64,000 nucleotides of DNA from Gammaproteobacteria bacterium. Lineage in GTDB: Bacteria > Pseudomonadota > Gammaproteobacteria > JAADGQ01. A program made the translations under genes and the position numbers. Numbering within the stretch: the first letter of the stretch is position 1; each line of letters begins with the position of its first letter. Below are positions 56,688 to 64,000 of the stretch, one piece after another. A model generated the notes under the pieces. That model worked only from the letters and a program-made list of their open reading frames with translations. It did not search any database and had not been told where the DNA came from. The DNA lies in assembly GCA_015490755.1 (NCBI GenBank), contig WFXF01000087.1, forward strand, positions 57,441 through 121,440, read 5' to 3'.

Positions 56688-58051
56688 CAAACTTTTTCAG
56701 AAGCTTGCTTTACAATATTCGCTAAATTTTCAGCTTGCATATGGACCAACTCATAATCACTTCCCTCCACCATCACACGAATAAGCGGCTCAGTGCCAGA
56801 CTCACGAAGCAAAATCCGCCCTGAACCCGCAAGTTCCGCTTCAGCGATATCCATAGCTTCTGAAACTTCAGTATCATTACGAAAATCAAACTTCTTATTG
56901 ATTCTGACATTAATCAGTTTTTGCGGATACTTATTCATGCCAGACTTGAGTTCATTAAGCGTCTTTCCTGTTTGCCTGACCTCATTCAAAACCTGCAACG
57001 CCGAGATAAGACCATCTCCTGTTGTTGTTCGATTCAGACAGATAATATGACCCGATGACTCCCCTCCTAAAACACCCCCCTTTTCCTTTAGCATCTCCAT
57101 AACATAACGATCACCCACATTGGCTCGTTCCAGTGTTATACCTAAGTTTGCAAGTGCATGCTCCAAACCCAGGTTGCTCATTAAAGTGCCCACGACAACA
57201 GAATTTTCTCCAAGTGAGCCACTTTTTAGATAAGAGTTTGCAATGATAAAGAGTATTTCATCGCCATCAATCACTTCACCTTTTTCATCAACCATGATTA
57301 AGCGGTCGCCATCACCATCCAGAGCAACACCCAAGTCAGCGCGATGGGTTAAAACAGCCTTACTTAACATATCGGGCTGTGTTGATCCACAATTCTCATT
57401 GATATTTAAGCCATCAGGTTCAACAGCAATCGCAATCACTTCTGCGCCCAGCTCTTCAAAAACAGCTGGGGCTACCTGATATGTTGCTCCATTGGCACAG
57501 TCAACAACAATTCTTAACCCATGAAGCCCTACTTTTGACGGAATCGTACTTTTACAAAATTCGATATAACGTCCGGCAGAATCTTCTATACGCTCAGCCT
57601 TACCCAACTGAGCTGAATCTACTGTTTTCATAACCTCATCCAACTCAGCTTCAATCGCCAACTCGACATCATCTGGAAGTTTCTTTCCTTCTGCAGAGAA
57701 AAATTTTATACCGTTATCAAAGTATGGATTGTGAGAAGCACTGATCACGATACCTGCTTGTGCACGAAATGTACGTGTCAGATAAGCAATTGCCGGGGTT
57801 GGCATTGGTCCTAAAAGCAAAACATCAACACCCGCCGCCGACAATCCAGCCTCCAAAGCCGATTCAAACATATAACCTGACGTACGGGTATCTTTTCCAA
57901 TAAGAACTTTGCTTGATTCGCCTTTTGCCAAAACACGCCCAAGAGCCCAGCCCAGTTTTAACATAAATTCTGCGGTAATAGGATTCTCCCCCACTTTTCC
58001 ACGAATGCCATCAGTTCCAAAGTAACGCTTTTCCATTATTTTCTCCTGCAC
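56684..58051 (-). CDS. glmM: phosphoglucosamine mutase
   Basis: '[10 protein letters not shown]', the active-site '[16 protein letters not shown]' and 'DGDGDR'. The likely start is the Met at 58036. Confidence 0.95.
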   Translation of the reverse strand: MQEKIMEKRYFGTDGIRGKVGENPITAEFMLKLGWALGRVLAKGESSKVLIGKDTRTSGYMFESALEAGLSAAGVDVLLLGPMPTPAIAYLTRTFRAQAGIVISASHNPYFDNGIKFFSAEGKKLPDDVELAIEAELDEVMKTVDSAQLGKAERIEDSAGRYIEFCKSTIPSKVGLHGLRIVVDCANGATYQVAPAVFEELGAEVIAIAVEPDGLNINENCGSTQPDMLSKAVLTHRADLGVALDGDGDRLIMVDEKGEVIDGDEILFIIANSYLKSGSLGENSVVVGTLMSNLGLEHALANLGITLERANVGDRYVMEMLKEKGGVLGGESSGHIICLNRTTTGDGLISALQVLNEVRQTGKTLNELKSGMNKYPQKLINVRINKKFDFRNDTEVSEAMDIAEAELAGSGRILLRESGTEPLIRVMVEGSDYELVHMQAENLANIVKQASEKVC

Positions 58052-58166
58052 GTAACATCATAGAGACAGTACTACTATTGTAATTGCTTTATAATATCGG
58101 ATATGAAATTGTTAACACCATGCGTAAGAACATGGATACTCTCAGCACTGAATATGTGTGAAAATT

Positions 58167-59018
58167 TTAACTGCTCTGTTTAACTGCATTGCAAACATGA
58201 ATTGCATCAAATGTCTCTTTTACGTCATGGGTTCTTATAATTGATGCGCCCTGCCATACAGCGAGCACCGCTAATGCAATACCGCCATGAAGCCTTTTTT
58301 CTATAGGCGCATCAAGCAGCATACCAAGCATTGATTTACGAGAGACGCCCACAAGTATCGGAACATCAAAATCTAAAAAAACAGACAAGTTCTTTAATAA
58401 TTTAATGTTATGCTTCAATGTTTTTCCAAAACCAAAACCTGGATCAATAATTATGTTTTCACGCAAAATGCCAGCATTAATGCAAGCCATCATACGCTGC
58501 TGAAAGAAAAACCTGATTTCATCGACAACACTATGATATTTCGGCTGTATCTGCATCGTACCAGGCATACCCTGCATATGCATTAAACATACAGGAACTT
58601 GCAGTTGAGCCACCACATCTAAAGCGCCATGAGCCTGCAGTGCTCTGACATCATTGATGATATTAGCGCCCGCAATGATTGCCGCTTCCATAACTTCAGG
58701 TTTGCTTGTATCAATAGAAATAGGAATCAAAGACTCTTTTCGAATGGCTTCGATCACTGGAATGACCCGCCCAAGCTCTTCATCGACGGAAACAGGAGTT
58801 GCGCCAGGTCGAGTAGATTCTCCCCCGACATCAATAATTGCCGCTCCATCGGCCTCCATAACCAAAGCACGTTCCAATGCCTCATCCAACGAATAAAACT
58901 GCCCCGCATCTGAAAACGAATCGGGTGTCACATTAAGTACACCCATAACCTTCGGAAAATTCAGATCAGGCCTATAACCAGCACAAGAAAATTGAGACAC
59001 ACAGTCTGCATCAGACAT
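58167..59018 (-). CDS. folP: dihydropteroate synthase
   Basis: 283 aa with 'VMGVLNVTPDSFSD', 'IIDVGGESTRPG' and 'DPGFGFGK'. Confidence 0.95.
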   Translation of the reverse strand: MSDADCVSQFSCAGYRPDLNFPKVMGVLNVTPDSFSDAGQFYSLDEALERALVMEADGAAIIDVGGESTRPGATPVSVDEELGRVIPVIEAIRKESLIPISIDTSKPEVMEAAIIAGANIINDVRALQAHGALDVVAQLQVPVCLMHMQGMPGTMQIQPKYHSVVDEIRFFFQQRMMACINAGILRENIIIDPGFGFGKTLKHNIKLLKNLSVFLDFDVPILVGVSRKSMLGMLLDAPIEKRLHGGIALAVLAVWQGASIIRTHDVKETFDAIHVCNAVKQSS

Positions 59019-59100
59019 TACTTTTTATACTCAATTATTCAGATTACTTCTAATTAAAGCGATCTGAATAGATTTGATTTATCAGTTTTTAATAAAAATA

Positions 59101-61041
59101 TCAGAGCTGTTCAGCAGGGCCAGAAATACTGTTTTTACCAGGTTTGTCTTCCTCTGGATCACTCGCTTCAACCTCATTGATAGTCTCCCCATTGTTACTG
59201 CTACTCTTTGGAGAGTCATTAGAGTTGTCCCAATCTTTCGGAGGAGTTGGGGTTTTACCATCCATGATTTCATCAATCTGATCACTATCAATTGTCTCAT
59301 ATTTCAATAAACTTTCAGCCATTAAATGAAGCTTCTGAATATTCTTTTTCAACAATTTTTCTGATCTTTCATAATTTACATCAACAATGCGTCGGACTTC
59401 CTGATCAATTGCCATAGCTGTTTCATCAGAAACAGTTTTATGTTGACTTACTGAACGCCCCAGAAAAATCTCTTCCTCTTCTTCGCCATAAGTTAGAGGC
59501 CCTAACTTTTCAGACAAGCCCCATTGAGTCACCATACGGCGTGCAATATCCGTGGCTCGCTGGATATCATTGCTGGCTCCAGTTGTAACAAAATCTGCAC
59601 CAAAAACTAACTCCTCTGCAATGCGACCACCAAACATGCTCGAGATTTGGCTCTCCAGACGCTGTTTACTCATGCTGTGGCGATCTTCAGTAGGTAAGAA
59701 CATGGTTACCCCCAAAGCCCTGCCACGAGGAATAATTGTAACTTTATGGACAGGATCATGAGAAGGAACCAATCGCCCCACAATGGCATGGCCAGCTTCA
59801 TGATAAGCTGTCAACTTCTTCTCTTCGTCACTCATCACCATTGAGCGACGTTCTGCACCCATCATAATTTTATCTTTGGCTTTCTCAAACGCATCCATAT
59901 TCACGGTGCGTTTATCTTCCCGTGCAGCAAACAGAGCGGCTTCGTTAACTAAATTGGCAAGATCAGCCCCAGAAAAGCCAGGAGTACCTCGAGCCAGAAT
60001 ACTTGGATTCACATCATCAGCAATAGGAGTTTTACGCATATGAACTGTCAAGATTTTTTCACGCCCCCGCACATCAGGCAGTGGCACAACAACCTGACGA
60101 TCAAAACGGCCTGGACGTAATAACGCAGGGTCTAAAACATCAGGTCGGTTTGTAGCAGCAATAACAATGACACCTTCGCTACCTTCAAAACCATCCATCT
60201 CGACGAGCAATTGGTTGAGTGTCTGCTCACGCTCATCGTGTCCACCACCTAAACCCGCGCCGCGATGACGGCCAACAGCGTCAATCTCATCAATAAAAAT
60301 AATACAGGGAGCATGCTTTTTGGCTTGCTCGAACATATCACGAACACGAGCTGCACCCACACCAACAAACATTTCAACAAAATCGGAACCTGAAATAGTA
60401 AAAAAAGGAACTTTTGCTTCACCAGCAATGGCTTTGGCAAGCAATGTCTTACCTGTACCAGGAGAACCAACCATCAAAACGCCTCTAGGAATTTTCCCCC
60501 CTAGCTTTTGAAATTTCCCTGGATCACGTAAAAACTCAACAAGCTCACTAACCTCCTCTTTGGCTTCATCAACCCCGGCAACATCCTGAAATGTTACTTT
60601 AACCTGATCTTCATTTAACATGCGTGCTTTACTACGTCCAAAAGACATTGCACCACCGCGACCACCTCCACCTTGCATCTGGCGCATGAAAAAGATCCAG
60701 ACACCAATTAGCAGAAGCATTGGAAACCATGAGATAAAAATCTGCATCAGCATGCTTTGATTTTCTACAGCTTGAGCCTTAATCTCAACCCCGCCTTCGA
60801 GTAGATCACCAACCAAACCAGGGTCGCCAGGACTATAAGTCACAAACCGCTCACCTGTCTGAGTGACACCATGAATCGTACGCCCTTCAATCAAGACCTG
60901 AGCAACTTCTCCACGCTTAACACTATTAATAAATTGTGAGTAAGGCAAAGTCTGTGCGCTTGCCTGAGGAGGGTTAAAACTATTAAAAACTGCCATCAAT
61001 ACAATAGCAATTACAACCCATAAAACTAAATTTTTTACCAT
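59101..61041 (-). CDS. ftsH: ATP-dependent zinc metalloprotease FtsH
   Basis: '[16 protein letters not shown]', Walker A '[13 protein letters not shown]', 'IIFIDEIDA' and 'HEAGHA'. The ATG at 61041 is preferred over the upstream GTG at 61059. Confidence 0.95.
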   Translation of the reverse strand: MVKNLVLWVVIAIVLMAVFNSFNPPQASAQTLPYSQFINSVKRGEVAQVLIEGRTIHGVTQTGERFVTYSPGDPGLVGDLLEGGVEIKAQAVENQSMLMQIFISWFPMLLLIGVWIFFMRQMQGGGGRGGAMSFGRSKARMLNEDQVKVTFQDVAGVDEAKEEVSELVEFLRDPGKFQKLGGKIPRGVLMVGSPGTGKTLLAKAIAGEAKVPFFTISGSDFVEMFVGVGAARVRDMFEQAKKHAPCIIFIDEIDAVGRHRGAGLGGGHDEREQTLNQLLVEMDGFEGSEGVIVIAATNRPDVLDPALLRPGRFDRQVVVPLPDVRGREKILTVHMRKTPIADDVNPSILARGTPGFSGADLANLVNEAALFAAREDKRTVNMDAFEKAKDKIMMGAERRSMVMSDEEKKLTAYHEAGHAIVGRLVPSHDPVHKVTIIPRGRALGVTMFLPTEDRHSMSKQRLESQISSMFGGRIAEELVFGADFVTTGASNDIQRATDIARRMVTQWGLSEKLGPLTYGEEEEEIFLGRSVSQHKTVSDETAMAIDQEVRRIVDVNYERSEKLLKKNIQKLHLMAESLLKYETIDSDQIDEIMDGKTPTPPKDWDNSNDSPKSSSNNGETINEVEASDPEEDKPGKNSISGPAEQL

Positions 61042-61132
61042 TTCATTCACAATGCGCACTCCACATCACTTAAATATTTTGATAACATAATATAGCATTG
61101 TGTCTGTCTTAGTCGACTTATTCACTCAGAAA

Positions 61133-61753
61133 TTATGCTTTGTAGTTTTTTGCCAGAAGGTAGACTTCTCTCGATCGTGGACGAGAAGATTTTGGCTTAC
61201 GAATCACCACTTTTTTAAACTTTGTCCGTAAATCCTGCAATAATTCATCAAAACCACTCCCTTGAAATACTTTGATCAGCAAATGGCCATTATCAAAAGG
61301 GATATGATTTAGAAAATCAACCACAAGTTCTGACAAATGTATTGCACGTGGCTGATCAATAGCAGCAACCCCAGTTATATTGGGGGCCATATCAGAAATA
61401 ACAAGCCCAACTTGCGTATCTCCCACACATTTTAACAACCGATCCAATGTTTCCTGTTCCCGAAAATCACCTTGAATGATATCAACATCAGGAAATTTAT
61501 CCATAGGTAATATATCCGTAGCTATAATTCGGCCTTGGCCATTTAAAACGTTAGATACAACTTGCGTCCATCCGCCCGGTGCTGCACCCAGATCAACAAC
61601 TGTAACCCCAGGTTTCAAGATGGAATCTCTCTCATTAATCTCAAGTAATTTATAAGCTGCGCGGGACCTGAAACCATCTTTTTGTGCTTGCTTTACATAA
61701 GTGTCAGAAAAGTGTTCTTTTAACCATTGACCACTACTTTTACTACGTGCCAC
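61133..61753 (-). CDS. rlmE: 23S rRNA (uridine2552-2'-O)-methyltransferase RlmE/FtsJ
   Basis: 206 aa with '[29 protein letters not shown]' and '[11 protein letters not shown]'. Confidence 0.95.
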   Translation of the reverse strand: MARSKSSGQWLKEHFSDTYVKQAQKDGFRSRAAYKLLEINERDSILKPGVTVVDLGAAPGGWTQVVSNVLNGQGRIIATDILPMDKFPDVDIIQGDFREQETLDRLLKCVGDTQVGLVISDMAPNITGVAAIDQPRAIHLSELVVDFLNHIPFDNGHLLIKVFQGSGFDELLQDLRTKFKKVVIRKPKSSRPRSREVYLLAKNYKA

Positions 61754-61755
61754 AA

Positions 61756-62040
61756 CTAACTGCTCTCATCATCATAATTATTTTGGGTTTTGAAAGCTTT
61801 TCCTGATATCTGTTTTGTCCTGAAAATAATCCATACCATCGAGGCGATACCATAGAACCAAAGCAAAACAACCTGTAAAAAATCGTTTATATCCAGGCCG
61901 ATCAGCAACAACCAAAACAACCCACCAACAATAAAAGCCACAATCAGCTCAAGCTTAACTGGATTTAAAGGACTTGCTATAACACTGAAGCCTTTAGTTT
62001 TGCGTGCTATACTTTCGGAGCTTATTTTTTGAGACAACAT
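61756..62040 (-). CDS. small hypothetical membrane protein (2 TM helices)
   Basis: 94-aa ORF ending 2 bp before the rlmE start. It has two clear hydrophobic helices. No family was recognised. Confidence 0.4.
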   Translation of the reverse strand: MLSQKISSESIARKTKGFSVIASPLNPVKLELIVAFIVGGLFWLLLIGLDINDFLQVVLLWFYGIASMVWIIFRTKQISGKAFKTQNNYDDESS

Positions 62041-62056
62041 AAAGTAATTAAAATTA

Positions 62057-62353
62057 ATGAAACAAATTAAAGAACAGCAAAAACGCTATTTGCGTGGTTT
62101 AGGCCATAAGATAAAACCCGTTGTTTTACTTGGAAAGTCAGGGTTTAACGATCAGGTTTTTGAAGAGATCATTATTGCCTTGAATCACCACGAACTTATA
62201 AAAGTTAAAATTAATGCTGATAGCCGTGAAGAACGCAAAAGAATCTCAAGTGAAATCGTCAATCGTTCACAAGCATTGCTGATTCACTCCATCGGCAATG
62301 TCATTTTGATATATAAAAACAACCCTGATAATACCCGCATTACTCTCCCTTAA
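62057..62353 (+). CDS. yhbY: ribosome assembly RNA-binding protein YhbY (CRS1/YhbY domain)
   Basis: 98 aa with 'QKRYLRGLGHKIKPVVLLGKSG' and 'HELIKVKI'. Confidence 0.9.
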   Translation: MKQIKEQQKRYLRGLGHKIKPVVLLGKSGFNDQVFEEIIIALNHHELIKVKINADSREERKRISSEIVNRSQALLIHSIGNVILIYKNNPDNTRITLP

Positions 62354-62363
62354 AAATCAAACG

Positions 62364-62392
62364 CCGTATGAGCTTCAAATTCAGTCATACGG
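62364..62392. terminator. bidirectional intrinsic terminator between yhbY and greA
   Basis: CCGTATGA-(13 nt)-TCATACGG is followed by CATTTTTT on the plus strand and preceded by an A-rich run. Confidence 0.55.
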
Positions 62393-62401
62393 CATTTTTT
62401 A

Positions 62402-62878
62402 TCAGATATATTTAACAGCCAAAATTTCATAAAAAACTGTACCGCCAGGTGTGATAACCTCAACCTCATCACCTTCCACCTTTCCTATCAATGCACGGGC
62501 AATTGGCGAGCTTACAGAGATTTTATGATCTTTGATATCGGCCTCATCTACACCAACAATTTGATAGGTAATTTTTTCTTCAGTATCATCATTTAATAAT
62601 TCAACAGTCGCACCAAATACAACCTTACCTGCTGCATTAAGTTTTGTCACATCAATAATTTGAGCATTTGAAAGCTTGCCTTCAATTTCAGAGATACGCC
62701 CCTCAATAAAAGATTGTTGCTCTTTCGCTGCGTGATATTCTGCATTTTCTTTCAAATCACCATGCGCCCGCGCTTCAGAGATCGCATTAATGACTTTAGG
62801 TCGTGCATTATGTTTCAGCTCATTGAGCTCTTCACGTAATTTTTCTGCCCCCTGAATAGTCATAGGCTCTTTATTCAT
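62402..62878 (-). CDS. greA: transcription elongation factor GreA
   Basis: 158 aa with '[13 protein letters not shown]...[24 protein letters not shown]'. Confidence 0.95.
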   Translation of the reverse strand: MNKEPMTIQGAEKLREELNELKHNARPKVINAISEARAHGDLKENAEYHAAKEQQSFIEGRISEIEGKLSNAQIIDVTKLNAAGKVVFGATVELLNDDTEEKITYQIVGVDEADIKDHKISVSSPIARALIGKVEGDEVEVITPGGTVFYEILAVKYI

Positions 62879-64000
62879 GCCACGTCCTCTTTAGATTTAA
62901 GATGTTTATGCAAATCTTGCAGACGGTTAACCTCGTCAAGATCGCTGCTTTCAAGTGCCAGACAAGTCGCTTCTGCACAAGAAATCGTTGTCATGTAATT
63001 AACCTTATGCTGGAGCGCTGCCCGCCTTATCTCAAAAGAGTCAGAAGCAGCCTGTTTCCCTTCCGTCGTATTAATTACCAGAGAAATTTCTCCATTATTA
63101 ATCATATCAACAATGTGAGGCCGACCTTCACCTACTTTATGAACCTGCTCACAAGCAATATCTTCAGCATTAATTACACGAACTGTACCACGCGTACCAT
63201 AAAGTTTGAAACCCAACTTTTCGAGATTACGAGCCACGTTAACAGCTTGTACTTTATCAGCATCACGCACACTAATAAAAGCAGAACCACCTTGAGGAAG
63301 ATCAACACTCGCTCCCAACTGTGATTTAGCAAACGCCTCGGCAAAAGTCTTGCCGACCCCCATAACTTCACCTGTAGATTTCATTTCAGGCCCTAAAGTC
63401 GGATCAACATTCTGAAACTTTGCAAATGGAAAAACGGCTTCTTTAACACAAAAGTAATCAGGAATTATTTCGTTATTAATATGTTGATCAGTCAGACTAA
63501 CACCAGCCATGCAGCGTGCTGCTACTTTAGCAAGCGGCACACCAATCGCTTTGGATACAAACGGCACAGTTCTTGATGCACGAGGATTAACTTCCAATAC
63601 ATAAACATCATCACCCTTTACGGCAAACTGTACATTCATCAAACCACGAACACCCAATGCAAGCGCCATATCTTTTGTCTGTTGTCGAATTTGACCCTGA
63701 ATTTTTTTGCTCAGACTAAAAGGTGGCACTGAACAAGCAGAATCACCCGAATGAACCCCGGCTTGCTCAATATGCTCAAGCACACCGCCAATAACTACAT
63801 TTTTACCGTCACAAATAGCATCAACATCAACCTCTTTAGCATCATTTAAAAAACGATCCAGCAAGACTGGTGATTCATTGGAAACACGAACAGCTTCGGT
63901 CATGTAACGCCGTAAATCATTTTCATTGTAGACGATCTCCATAGCTCTTCCACCTAAAACATAAGATGGACGAACCACAAGCGGATAACCAATCTCTTTT
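62875..64000 (-). CDS. carB: carbamoyl-phosphate synthase large subunit, C-terminal part (5' end beyond the window)
   Basis: '[16 protein letters not shown]' and '[16 protein letters not shown]' plus the MGS-like allosteric domain. The reading frame stays open to base 64000. Confidence 0.95.
   Translation of the reverse strand, partial: KEIGYPLVVRPSYVLGGRAMEIVYNENDLRRYMTEAVRVSNESPVLLDRFLNDAKEVDVDAICDGKNVVIGGVLEHIEQAGVHSGDSACSVPPFSLSKKIQGQIRQQTKDMALALGVRGLMNVQFAVKGDDVYVLEVNPRASRTVPFVSKAIGVPLAKVAARCMAGVSLTDQHINNEIIPDYFCVKEAVFPFAKFQNVDPTLGPEMKSTGEVMGVGKTFAEAFAKSQLGASVDLPQGGSAFISVRDADKVQAVNVARNLEKLGFKLYGTRGTVRVINAEDIACEQVHKVGEGRPHIVDMINNGEISLVINTTEGKQAASDSFEIRRAALQHKVNYMTTISCAEATCLALESSDLDEVNRLQDLHKHLKSKEDVA

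Noticed and set aside
1-64000. I searched for CRISPR arrays, tandem direct repeats, IS elements, integrases, phage or plasmid genes, and classical defence genes (restriction-modification, toxin-antitoxin pairs, Cas, retron reverse transcriptase).
   Set aside because: No regularly spaced direct repeats were seen, and no transposase, integrase or reverse-transcriptase-like ORFs. The RatA-family and GIY-YIG ORFs are the conserved housekeeping-context versions (smpB-ratA-rnfH, YhbQ-like), not evident defence modules.

Overview
The window reads as an AT-rich gammaproteobacterial chromosome, densely coded and mostly housekeeping. No rRNA, tRNA, tmRNA, CRISPR array, transposase, integrase or phage gene was recognised. 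Two blocks show Pseudomonas/Xanthomonas-like core synteny: carB-greA/yhbY/rlmE-ftsH-folP-glmM, and comEC-exbB-exbD-lpxK-ycaR-kdsB-ptp with rne divergent from rluC. Other recognisable genes are tmcA, acpS, pdxJ, fur, bamE, rnfH, ratA, smpB, nnrD-tsaE-amiB, mtaD-ubiG-HAD-rmuC, ybiT and sppA.

Five things stand out against this background:
1. The best candidate for an undescribed system is a five-gene operon directly downstream of fur (14679-18226, minus strand). It encodes a small Ras-superfamily GTPase, two roadblock/LC7-type proteins, a receiver-like protein with RomR-like architecture and one unknown protein. A stand-alone Aer-type PAS protein and a leaderless PhnD-like binding-fold protein follow it.
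2. A three-gene periplasmic glycan-modification module combines a UbiA-type polyprenyl-phosphate phosphoribosyltransferase, a GtrA flippase and a polytopic GT-C-like membrane protein. No epimerase genes are present.
3. A 1028-aa chimeric protein carries an ExeA/MshM-like AAA+ domain, an acidic disordered region, a J-like segment, one transmembrane helix and an NTF2-like domain. It sits at the head of the nnrD-tsaE-amiB operon.
4. Three unrelated long palindromic elements (98-166 bp) are inserted in intergenic regions.
5. A leaderless S8/kexin-like protease with two P-domains lies beside a two-component system.

All calls come from reading the translated ORFs and the DNA by eye. No database search, HMM search or numerical composition analysis was possible.
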